This document shows, piece after piece, positions 31,714 through 40,784 of a stretch of DNA of 64,000 bases; within the stretch, counting starts at the first letter, position 1; each line of letters opens with the position of its first letter. Where the stretch lies: assembly GCA_045105515.1 (NCBI GenBank), contig JBGCDR010000131.1, positions 1 through 64,000 on the forward strand, read 5' to 3'. Source of the DNA: Oligoflexales bacterium. GTDB taxonomy: Bacteria; Bdellovibrionota_B; Oligoflexia; Oligoflexales; Bog-1112. The translations under genes were made by a program, and so were the position numbers. Below the pieces are notes generated by a model, which worked only from the letters and a program-made list of their open reading frames with translations, was not told where the DNA came from and ran no database searches.

Positions 31714-33129
31714 CTATCTCTTGCTGGAGATGACAAGTCTGAGCCCTTTTTTGATGGCAACAACATTGCCAACTTGTTCGATACTCTCAGACTCTGCCAT
31801 TTCTGGCGGTTTTTCTGCAGATTGATCTTCTCCAACCTCCTCTTTTTGATCTCCCACAGAAGGCTCTTCCGATCGTTTTTTCTTCTCCTCTCTGGACCAT
31901 TGCAAAGACGCCGTTTCCTTGATGATATCGTTGTGGACGTATCGCATCGTCGTCTTGATATCGCTATGGCCAGCGATCTGCTGCACTTTAGGCAGAGGTA
32001 GAGCTCGCTCCATTCCATAGCCATTGGCGAGGTTGGTAAGGCAAGTGTGCCTGAGGCTATGAAAATGAATCTCTTTAGCTCCAGCCCAGCGACAAGTGCG
32101 AGGAAAGATTTTGATGGAGTTTTGATGGATATTGAAAAGTGGCTTTGCCTGATCAACAAAACGCAATCTGTGGAAAATCTCCCTAACATCGGCGTTGATC
32201 TCAATCCTACGTGGTTTTTTGCTTTTAGTCGTGTTTTTGCGAACTTTCTCTTTACGACTAAAGCTTCCTTTTACGATCAAGAAACCATTGTTAAGATCCA
32301 CATCCATATTCCGAAGAGCACCGATTTCCCCAAGGCGCATCCCTGTGCGTAAGGCCATCATCACAATATCTCGAATCTCCTGAGGATTTCTTATTTGCAG
32401 TTTCATCACATAACTGCTTTTTCCTCGATGACGATAACGGGTCGTTAACTTCTCGTAATGCCCACCAGACTCAATCCAATCAAAAAACTTATCCTCATCT
32501 TCTTGGCTCCAGTAATCGAATAGATTTTCTGGAGTGTCAGGGAGTTTAAATTCTTCAAAGGGATTTTGAATGAGGTAAGCAGGGCGACGTTTGCTAGCCC
32601 AAGTAGTGATCATACAGGCAACAGTTAAGATTTCTCTTTGATAGGAAAGAGCCAAAGAGTTGTCATCTAGGAAATCATCTCCACTCCAATTGTTTTTTCT
32701 AAGAGCTGTGTAGGATTTAGTTTGAGGAACCTTGTTGTTGATTTCTCGTGCTAAATTTTCGATATCGTCAATGCTCAGACGATCAGCCCTAACCTGACCG
32801 AAAACAGGAAGAATATGATTACGGAGGTGGGTGTCATAATTTTGCAGACAGGATCCAGAAAGTCTCCTCACATTTTTTCCATGTTCCATCCATTTTTCAG
32901 CTAGATCAGAGAAGGTCCATTTACGATTTGTCCCTGTTTTGGCATCAGCAAACCAGCGACTCAGATCATCACCTCTAGCAATGGCCAGGCGAAGAATCTC
33001 TGCTTCGGTTTTGGTAGGTACGACCTTATCCTTGTAGGAATCAGTCCCTTCATCATAAAATCTAACCTTCCATTTTCCCCTGACAGATCGGTAAATCTTA
33101 GGTTCTTTTTTGTCGTAATGAGTTCTCAT
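31714..33129 (-). CDS. int: Tyrosine recombinase/integrase
   Basis: TGMRLGE (R), HSLRH, AGH and TMRY catalytic set; N-terminal arm-binding and SAM-like regions. Confidence 0.93.
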   Translation of the reverse strand: MRTHYDKKEPKIYRSVRGKWKVRFYDEGTDSYKDKVVPTKTEAEILRLAIARGDDLSRWFADAKTGTNRKWTFSDLAEKWMEHGKNVRRLSGSCLQNYDTHLRNHILPVFGQVRADRLSIDDIENLAREINNKVPQTKSYTALRKNNWSGDDFLDDNSLALSYQREILTVACMITTWASKRRPAYLIQNPFEEFKLPDTPENLFDYWSQEDEDKFFDWIESGGHYEKLTTRYRHRGKSSYVMKLQIRNPQEIRDIVMMALRTGMRLGEIGALRNMDVDLNNGFLIVKGSFSRKEKVRKNTTKSKKPRRIEINADVREIFHRLRFVDQAKPLFNIHQNSIKIFPRTCRWAGAKEIHFHSLRHTCLTNLANGYGMERALPLPKVQQIAGHSDIKTTMRYVHNDIIKETASLQWSREEKKKRSEEPSVGDQKEEVGEDQSAEKPPEMAESESIEQVGNVVAIKKGLRLVISSKR

Positions 33130-33323
33130 TTATTTTCTACTCCTTTGATTGCGGTCAGTACTTCACTGACTTGAAATCGAAGGGAGCGACCAAATTTGTG
33201 GTATGGTATCCGTTCGTGCATTCGCCACTTGCGGATGGTATGGATCGAGACCCCTAAGGTCTTAGCCAATTCCGCGGCTGTGACAAATTTTTCGCTTATT
33301 CGATTGTCAAAGATCTTCGCCAT
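33126..33323 (-). CDS. xis: Excisionase-like HTH protein
   Basis: TAAELAKTLGVSIHTIRKW...IPYHKFGRSLRF; 4-bp overlap with int; likely start ATG 33323. Confidence 0.8.
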   Translation of the reverse strand: MAKIFDNRISEKFVTAAELAKTLGVSIHTIRKWRMHERIPYHKFGRSLRFQVSEVLTAIKGVENK

Positions 33324-33389
33324 AAGGCGAGCCCTCCATATACTCGTTTTGCTCAAAAAAGTACAATCTGATGGTCTAAGTTGTTGAAA

Positions 33390-34142
33390 TTATGTGGTGG
33401 TGGTTTCGAAGATATTGCCAATGCGTTTGATGTTACATCCTAATGCCGCCATTCTTTTGAGGATGAGGTCACAAGCATCTGGGCAAAGTTCAATACCGAG
33501 GGCCACCCGCTTGAGTTGCTCAGCGGCTTCGAAGACAGCACCAGATCCTGCAAAAAGATCGAGAACATAGTCATTATCATGGGTGTGATTTAATATCGGG
33601 ATTGTGTAAACGCCAACTGGCTTTTCAGTTGGATGAATACGCTCCTTAGGTTTTACAGAGGGAATATTCCAAACCGAAACTTGCTTGCGATCTCCGGTCC
33701 AGTGCTCAGTAACTTTGATTCCTTGCTTCACACAAACCAGGCATTGCTCATGTTTAAGGTGATAGAAGTTATGTTGCAGGGTGAAATGATGTTTTACCCA
33801 AACAATCATTTGTTTGACTTCATATCCCGCATCTTGAAGGGATCTGACCAGCACCTCATAGTGTCGAAAGGAAAACCAAACATAGAGAACTGGAGATTGA
33901 CTAGATTCAAAAGAACCACCCCAGGTCGCAATGTGGTCATACTTTACTTTGAGTCGATATAAACCTTTTTTGGATTTCGATTTGTAACCAATTCCATAGG
34001 GAGGATCGGTGACGCAAACTTTCGGCTCCCGGTTTTCTAGAAACTCAGTGACCATTTCTCTTTCCGTGCTATCACCACAAAGCAATCTATGCTTTCCCAT
34101 TTTCCAGATGTCACCAAATTTTACTTTGTATTCATTTGTCAT
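33390..34142 (-). CDS. Orphan N6-A/N4-C DNA methyltransferase
   Basis: TDPPY, HPTEKP and DLFAGSG motifs (beta-class order); GGAG RBS before ATG 34142. Confidence 0.88.
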   Translation of the reverse strand: MTNEYKVKFGDIWKMGKHRLLCGDSTEREMVTEFLENREPKVCVTDPPYGIGYKSKSKKGLYRLKVKYDHIATWGGSFESSQSPVLYVWFSFRHYEVLVRSLQDAGYEVKQMIVWVKHHFTLQHNFYHLKHEQCLVCVKQGIKVTEHWTGDRKQVSVWNIPSVKPKERIHPTEKPVGVYTIPILNHTHDNDYVLDLFAGSGAVFEAAEQLKRVALGIELCPDACDLILKRMAALGCNIKRIGNIFETTTT

Positions 34143-34204
34143 ATATACTCCTTTATATGTCATCCCAGCGCTGAAAGCACGTAGGGGGATCCTTTCCAAG
34201 CTAA

Positions 34205-34543
34205 CTAATCATCATCTTTAGGAAGTGCCTTAGAGATCAGGATCTTTAAGAACTGATCCTTCGAAATCGCACCATTTTTCTGGCAATACTTTTTGAATTC
34301 AATTTCCAAGTGATCCTGGCTTGAGTAAGTTGACTCCTTTATTTCTGTAATAAGACCCTCGTTAATGATACCGATCAGTTTTTTGATCACATCATCTGTT
34401 CTGACCCTTCGTCCCAAATTTTTTCGATTGCATTTACCGACAATTGATTTGAGCAATCGAGCTGTGTTTTTGCTGATTCGAATTGGAATTGTGTTTGGTG
34501 CAGTTGTTTTTGTTGATGGTTTTTCTGTGGAGTTAGAATCCAT
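34205..34543 (-). CDS. Small basic protein, possibly DNA-binding (RHH-like)
   Basis: TIPIRIS beta-strand followed by helices; GGAGG RBS. Confidence 0.55.
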   Translation of the reverse strand: MDSNSTEKPSTKTTAPNTIPIRISKNTARLLKSIVGKCNRKNLGRRVRTDDVIKKLIGIINEGLITEIKESTYSSQDHLEIEFKKYCQKNGAISKDQFLKILISKALPKDDD

Positions 34544-34570
34544 AATGACCTCCTTAGATGTTTATGTGAT

Positions 34571-34702
34571 GAGAAGAAGAGAGAGCAGAGAGAAAAGAGG
34601 GGAGACGAAGAATGAGACAAGGAAAGAGGTGAGGGAAAGAGGGAAGGAAGGAAATGGATAAGGGGAATGAAGGGAGTAGAAGAGGGGCGAAAAATGGCGA
34701 AA
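34571..34702 (+). repeat. Polypurine low-complexity tract
   Basis: ~130 bp mostly G/A on the + strand (GAGAAGAAGAGAGAGCAGAGAGAAAAGAGGGG...). Confidence 0.85.
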
Positions 34703-34808
34703 CAAGTAGTCAGTCAGGATTGAGATATAGAGTTATAATGAGCAATATCAACTGATTGTGTCATTTTTCTGAAATGGGTACCCACTTGCATTCCATAAGC
34801 AACCCACA

Positions 34809-35528
34809 TCACAAAGTTAGAGTCGCATTGTGATAATTCTTGAATTTCAATGAGTCATTTATTAGTAATCGATTGCTTACTTGGTAGAAGAATTTAGGTT
34901 GATCACTGTTGAATAATTTCCGTTCAATATCCATTACTTTACTACAAATCGACTGACTATCTGAAATGAATAAAACGAGTGGATAAATGTCAGAATTATA
35001 ATATTTTCTTAAAAAGCCATCATAGCGCTGTTCCATTTTAAGGGTGCATTCATACTCAATCGGTAACTCAACTGCTTCAGACTGGATAATTGTAGTAACG
35101 ATTGCATCAGAATTTAGTCTGCATGCTTCATTAGTACCCCATGTCTGGATCTCATTTTCGGTAGCATAGTGCTTAGTCATATTTGAGTTCAATAAACTAT
35201 GGCGAATATCTACCAGAGCAATATCATGATGCACCGAATCTGATTTAATTTCGATTCGTTTTTCATTCCCCTTTCTAACAAAATTCTCAAATGATTTTTT
35301 GGTATTGGAGACAATTCTTTTTCCTTTTAGTAGTAAGCGGCTTCTCTGGATATGTACCAACCTATTGTCTTCTAATTTTCTGATTCTATTACCAAGGCTT
35401 TCTTGAGTAATATCACTGAAGACATCTCTGGTGATCTGCTCATAGGTAGCTGCTTTAACAGCATGTAAATATTTGAAGAGCAAAATATCTCTTTCATCGA
35501 GGTACATTCCCACAATTTGTTGTTTCAT
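34809..35528 (-). CDS. Replication-relaxation (Replic_Relax / MOBC-like) relaxase
   Basis: N-terminal wHTH (LDERD...TYEQI...RIRKL); HHD; D-x16-E-x-E-x3-K-x3-R-Y motif. Confidence 0.7.
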   Translation of the reverse strand: MKQQIVGMYLDERDILLFKYLHAVKAATYEQITRDVFSDITQESLGNRIRKLEDNRLVHIQRSRLLLKGKRIVSNTKKSFENFVRKGNEKRIEIKSDSVHHDIALVDIRHSLLNSNMTKHYATENEIQTWGTNEACRLNSDAIVTTIIQSEAVELPIEYECTLKMEQRYDGFLRKYYNSDIYPLVLFISDSQSICSKVMDIERKLFNSDQPKFFYQVSNRLLINDSLKFKNYHNATLTL

Positions 35529-37060
35529 GTGTTCTCCTTAACTGCCCCGTATGCCCTCTTGTGTTGTTTTGCCACCTTGCTCTTTTCTGCCTCACCCAAC
35601 ATCGGACTAAACAGCTTCTTTTTCTCCTTCGCAAATTGATCTACAATTCCTAGGCATCTAGCTTTGATCGTCTTCTCATCAATAAAAGGAGCCTGAACGA
35701 TCACTTTCTTCGTTCCACAGTTCCAAACCCCTCGACCTGGTATATCAGGGAGGTCACATGCATCCTTTGTTCCCAGGACAATCAAGCTGCCTTGGAGGGA
35801 ATTCGCCCGAAACGCCATACGTCCTGAAATATTCTCAGACACCGAGGTAGGGATAACCTGCCGATCGAGCTTTTGTGTGGCAAGAATCAAATGGATGCTG
35901 GCGGCTCGAGACAGCTTAGAGATGGAATCAGCAAGCTGCCTTGCTTCAAGTGCCGATTGGTATTCTGGATCATTTCTGGGCCGATTCATATACAGAACAG
36001 AGCATTCATCGACACCAACCACGATCCTATCCTTGTGGTCTTTCTCTGGAATGATTTGCTTACGGCTCTTGGCCTCCAGATACCTAAATCTGTCTTTCAT
36101 CTCCTTTTCCACTCGCCTCAAAACCACCAAGGCATCGTCCATGGTCTTTACTACCTTGACGTTGGGACATTTCACAAAGTCGATCATCTCTACGCCGCCT
36201 TTGAGATCAATCAGATACATTTGCAAATGTGGTGATGATTCCAAGAGCCCCATAATAATTTGCTTAAATTGAACCGATTTACCACTGCCTGTGGTGCCTG
36301 CAATGATCATGTGGGGCAATTCATCGATGCGCTGTGTAACGACTCCTTCACCCGACATTCCAAGGAAGAATCCCTCCTTTGGCAAGACATGAGATGCAAC
36401 AAGGTCCGTGTATTTTACTTTCTCTGGAAATTTCATCGTACTAAAGGTTACAACGATCTGCCCTTGGTGCCTGCCATGTTTGATGGATTCGACATTTGTT
36501 CTAAAGAACGACTCCAAATGGCTCTTCTTATCGTTGAAGTTTTCGAGACTGACGCCATTTGCATCAAAAATATAGCTCTTGCGATGTTTGTCATGCCTTT
36601 CGATACGAATCAGTTTTGGTGTGTCTTTCCTACCGTTCTGTATCCCAATCATTTCGAAAAGCTTCTGGTACTTCGTTCTCGTAGCTCTTGCCCACCCCCC
36701 TAAAACAAGAACTAACGGGCTGAAGAACATAAGGAACAGCACAATCCAGTGATACAAGATGGCAATTTCATACATCCACCCGAGGCGCTCCATTGTGATA
36801 AGATTTGGCTCTAATTCATGAATCCAAACGATATGGATGCCATTTGCTGCTAGATAAAAACTGTAATAAAGCAAAGCTATAAGGCTACCCCAGGAGAATG
36901 GGAACCACCTAGAGATGAGAGATTTTAGAAAAACCCACGTACCTATACTCGATACAACAATGAATTCTTGTAGGAACTCATTGACTGCAATTGTTAGTGC
37001 ATCAGGCTGAGACCCTGATTTGTTTTGAAACTTGTCTTTGCTATTAGGATATTTGTCCAT
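35525..37060 (-). CDS. FtsK/SpoIIIE-family membrane ATPase (TcpA-like coupling protein)
   Basis: N-terminal TMs; PHMIIAGTTGSGKS, IDLKGG, VDE and RAASIHLILATQ motifs; no gamma domain. Confidence 0.85.
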   Translation of the reverse strand: MDKYPNSKDKFQNKSGSQPDALTIAVNEFLQEFIVVSSIGTWVFLKSLISRWFPFSWGSLIALLYYSFYLAANGIHIVWIHELEPNLITMERLGWMYEIAILYHWIVLFLMFFSPLVLVLGGWARATRTKYQKLFEMIGIQNGRKDTPKLIRIERHDKHRKSYIFDANGVSLENFNDKKSHLESFFRTNVESIKHGRHQGQIVVTFSTMKFPEKVKYTDLVASHVLPKEGFFLGMSGEGVVTQRIDELPHMIIAGTTGSGKSVQFKQIIMGLLESSPHLQMYLIDLKGGVEMIDFVKCPNVKVVKTMDDALVVLRRVEKEMKDRFRYLEAKSRKQIIPEKDHKDRIVVGVDECSVLYMNRPRNDPEYQSALEARQLADSISKLSRAASIHLILATQKLDRQVIPTSVSENISGRMAFRANSLQGSLIVLGTKDACDLPDIPGRGVWNCGTKKVIVQAPFIDEKTIKARCLGIVDQFAKEKKKLFSPMLGEAEKSKVAKQHKRAYGAVKENT

Positions 37061-37069
37061 ACATCACAC

Positions 37070-38596
37070 CTACACCTTTCTTGCTATAGCTGAAGCTGCT
37101 CCAGAGCTACCACCTGTAGCTGCCCCAACTCCAATATCTTTGGCATCAGTAACTACTTGAGGCGCTTGTTCAGTTTGTGAATCAGTTAAGAATGAAGAGA
37201 AAAGACCGTAGCCGAGGATCAGTGTTGGGAGTGGACCTACAAGAATTTGTAGCCAAGAGTAGAGCGCATAGAATTGATAGAGCTTTGCAGTCACAAAACT
37301 AGCTGAATACAATGAAATTCCATCAGATACCTCTCCCCATTCCATCATAAGGTCATTTGAAACGGCAATACTGGTCATTAAATGGTAAAGTAGGGTCCAA
37401 ATTGGAGTCCACAAAAGGACGGAGACATACAAAGCAAACCAAGCAATGATCACCTTCCAGCGGCCTGCTATGACAAAGAATATGAGCCAAGGGAACAGAA
37501 AGATAAGAAACATCTTTACCATTCCTTTGAGATGAGGGGCTCTTTGAAGATACTCGGAGAATTTCTCGGCTCGCTCTGCGGTTAATGCAGCGCCAACTTG
37601 ATCCCTTTGCCCCAATGTGGACAGAAAACCATCCCACGACCAAAAGCGACTCCAACCGTGGATAATTTTGGCCAACGTACCTCGGACCTCAGAACCTTTT
37701 TGAATGCCTAGACTATCCTCAGTCTGTGCTAGGTAATGGTTTACTAGAGCATTTGAGGCGATGAGATTACGCTCATCGGTCTCAGTGATCTCGGTACGTC
37801 TGATGGAATATTTCCCTGAATAGTTTCGATAGAACTTAGCTCCTTTCCTCTCTGCATAGGACCAAAGGTCTGAACGCACCAAATTTTTCAGGGTGAGGCA
37901 ATTAATCTTGCTTCCATCGTCCAGAGTGATGGGGATGTGCTTCAATTCCTGATCGATTACACCGTTAAGGCCAAAAAACTCGTCAATTTTATCTTTTCTA
38001 GCTGACATTCCAAGCATGGGAAGAATCTTGTCAAAGCAGCTATCTGTATAAACATCAATTTTGTCTCTTAGAGCAGGGTCTTCAATGGTTTGAGAACCTG
38101 CGTAAAGAATAGCTTTGTAGAATGCGCTTGGAGCCTCTAACTGGGAATTAGTGGTGGCAAACAGCCTGTCTACGATTTTGCTACCAAACGCTGATATCTC
38201 CTCTGCTGATCGGGTAAGTAGGTCAAAGATAAAACTAACCTTGTAGGTTTCCTGGATGGGGTTATAACGGGATGATATGTAGCTGTTATTGTGCCAGGAG
38301 TTACGATTGTAGTCTTTGACGCTAGTTTGGCTATTTACCCGCAAAAGAGAAACACCGATCAGAAAGCACGCAATAACCTTTATAAAAAAACTGATTCCAA
38401 CTGTCCTGCCGCCACGAAACCCAAAGGGCATGTATTTGGAAAAGTAGCGCCATGTTCCTACTAGGAAAGTTGCACCAAGGATCAGCAGTAACAGACCCAA
38501 TAATATAGATTCTGAAGTGATAATTTCAATGGATGCCTGATGTAGGTACATTCCTATGTAGGTGTAGTATGCTTCATAGGCAGTTGTGCTAAACAT
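37070..38596 (-). CDS. traG: TraG_N / VirB6-like polytopic membrane protein
   Basis: Multiple TM helices flanking a periplasmic region; follows TraH-like gene; GGAGG RBS before ATG 38596. Confidence 0.6.
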   Translation of the reverse strand: MFSTTAYEAYYTYIGMYLHQASIEIITSESILLGLLLLILGATFLVGTWRYFSKYMPFGFRGGRTVGISFFIKVIACFLIGVSLLRVNSQTSVKDYNRNSWHNNSYISSRYNPIQETYKVSFIFDLLTRSAEEISAFGSKIVDRLFATTNSQLEAPSAFYKAILYAGSQTIEDPALRDKIDVYTDSCFDKILPMLGMSARKDKIDEFFGLNGVIDQELKHIPITLDDGSKINCLTLKNLVRSDLWSYAERKGAKFYRNYSGKYSIRRTEITETDERNLIASNALVNHYLAQTEDSLGIQKGSEVRGTLAKIIHGWSRFWSWDGFLSTLGQRDQVGAALTAERAEKFSEYLQRAPHLKGMVKMFLIFLFPWLIFFVIAGRWKVIIAWFALYVSVLLWTPIWTLLYHLMTSIAVSNDLMMEWGEVSDGISLYSASFVTAKLYQFYALYSWLQILVGPLPTLILGYGLFSSFLTDSQTEQAPQVVTDAKDIGVGAATGGSSGAASAIARKV

Positions 38597-38604
38597 AATG
38601 CCTC

Positions 38605-39906
38605 CTATTGACTGCAACCAATCCCGTCGCCACAATCCATGAAGATGCTATCAACATGACGATTGCTCCTTTGGTCTTGACCGGTGTTCAATTCACGTTT
38701 GGAGGCAATTTTGCGATATTTTGCCCCCTCTTTGTTGATTTGATATAGGACTTTGTTTAAGGGTGTTCGACTTTGATTTTCAATAGAGAGAGTCAGCTCG
38801 ATCTGATCCTTGAATGCCTGACGTTTACGGGCTACATGAGCTTGCTTTTTTGTGGGTAAGTGGGGGTTGGTTCCGATTTTCCCAGCAATAAAGTCAAGAG
38901 TTTTGCTCATATCTTCGTTAAAATTTCCAAGAGCAAGAGCTTCTGATAGTTTGCGGCAGGCTACTCGTCTTTTTTTGTAAGGAAGGTAGCTTAGGGAAAG
39001 AAGTGTTTGTCTGTCTAAAGTGACTCGATTGCCACCGCTAACATCTTTTAAATCTCGATTGGATACTACACTGTAGATATTGGCTCTGGGACCACCTTCA
39101 TTGATTAATTTAGGTAAAAGTCTTTGACACAGGGTTTCATATTTGCTTTCTTTAACCTCCATCAGGTAAGTGCGTGGACTAAATTGGATTCGACGAGGAC
39201 CATAGTCTACCGATACATTACCCCTTTTAACAATGTCATCACCGATAAAGGCTTTAGTTAGGTTGACGATTCGCTTGGCTTCTTTTCCTGTAAAACCTGC
39301 CCATTTCGCAGTGGATTCGATGATCCGATTGTCGTCTTTCTTCTTACCAGTACCAGCCCAGTCTGTTATGTTGTAACTCCCATAGTTGCCGCAACTCTCC
39401 ATGGATTTCTCAAAGTTGCCACCTGTTCGACTAATTGAATTACGAACACATTTAGAGCGTTCCTCATAGAAATCGGAAACCCTTCCGTCGACATATTTGT
39501 TGATGGCCTTACACTGATTGAGGCGCAATTGTGCTAAGAAATTTGCCCTAAGTCTGAACTGCTTGAGGATGGCACACCACGTCGGACTCATATAGCAAGT
39601 CAGCAGCATGGGAGACGAAGCAATGATGTTTCGACCAAGAGCACCGAGATACTTTGTATCCAAAATGTTTTTTAGTGCTGCCCGCATCGTATTGCGAACA
39701 TCAATGCGTCCACAATCTGATGCTATACCAATATCAACTTCCAGGCTGACGGTTCGGTAACGATCAAAGACCGTGTCTTCTAACTCACCAAATGAGCCTA
39801 ATAGGTAGTCCTCAGGTTCAAGTCGATTGGTGGAACGGTAGTCGATATTCCCGGCGAAGATGCTGCTGGGAATGAGGAGCACAAGAAAGACAAAAATTCT
39901 CCCCAT
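38605..39906 (-). CDS. traH: TraH-like periplasmic conjugation protein
   Basis: Signal peptide; CGRID motif; Cys pattern; position before traG. Confidence 0.5.
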   Translation of the reverse strand: MGRIFVFLVLLIPSSIFAGNIDYRSTNRLEPEDYLLGSFGELEDTVFDRYRTVSLEVDIGIASDCGRIDVRNTMRAALKNILDTKYLGALGRNIIASSPMLLTCYMSPTWCAILKQFRLRANFLAQLRLNQCKAINKYVDGRVSDFYEERSKCVRNSISRTGGNFEKSMESCGNYGSYNITDWAGTGKKKDDNRIIESTAKWAGFTGKEAKRIVNLTKAFIGDDIVKRGNVSVDYGPRRIQFSPRTYLMEVKESKYETLCQRLLPKLINEGGPRANIYSVVSNRDLKDVSGGNRVTLDRQTLLSLSYLPYKKRRVACRKLSEALALGNFNEDMSKTLDFIAGKIGTNPHLPTKKQAHVARKRQAFKDQIELTLSIENQSRTPLNKVLYQINKEGAKYRKIASKRELNTGQDQRSNRHVDSIFMDCGDGIGCSQ

Positions 39907-40130
39907 ATTTACCTCCTATAATTTGAATGTTGTTGTTTTTCGGTTGTGTAGGATGTCCCGTAGAGCGTGTTCGAGTTATTGTTTAGATGTTAAGAATCTG
40001 TTGTAGCGGCTTCTAGGGGATGGTCTTTTTGTAGCCAGGAGTTTTGTCGGTTTTGACCATGAACCAGGCAATTGGCTGAGATCCAGGGCCTAGTAGCTTC
40101 TTTTTGGTCAGGTTATTATGAAAAATTTGA

Positions 40131-40784
40131 CTAAGGGGTTGGAGTAAAAATTTGAGTATATATTTTTTTTGCAGCATCTTTCATTGAAATCTTGTCTGTA
40201 TTAATGGTTATGTCGACATCGTCGCTACCAGGTAATGGAAATTCCTCCAAAACTCCCCGAGCAAGGCCTATAAACTCTCCACCTCTTTTCTTCTCTCTTT
40301 CCTGAGCGACTTTTAAAGAACAGTCAATGAGCACGGTGGTTACTTTTCCTCTGTTGATCTCCTGAATTCCATTCTTCAGCTCCAGATTGCTTACAACACC
40401 TTCAATTATTACTCCAATTTCATCATTTACAATTATATTTGCGGTAGGAAATACCTTTGCTCTAACATATGCAGTATGGCGGCCGATTATGGGGGTTATT
40501 TTCGGACCATTTTTATCATTCGTTTTATGAAACATGAGGCCTTCTTTCTTATCACCTCTACTGGTCCATTGCGTTGGAAGGATGTCGTTAAACCCATCCA
40601 CAGACAATAGGACATAAGGCCGATTTTTATTCGCCAATAACGACTGTAAGGATCTGGCGGTTGATGACTTCCCGCAACTGCTATTTCCTAGAATGATGAT
40701 AATTTTTTCGGAACTCTCCAGGTTCAGTGTTTTTGTGAACGTACAAGAGTACAAAAGTATTAGTGGTAAGAACCAGATTATATT
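40131..40784 (-). pseudogene. Chloramphenicol-phosphotransferase-like P-loop kinase, split by IS (5' codons at 42453-42476)
   Basis: GNSSCGKS Walker A, LSVD, RE..RG and GLAR motifs; removing the IS restores MRHNHPNIIWFLPLILLYSC... Confidence 0.8.

Noticed and set aside
31524..32204. 226-aa alternative-frame ORF overlapping the integrase
   Set aside because: No motif or RBS, runs through the att region; likely a shadow ORF
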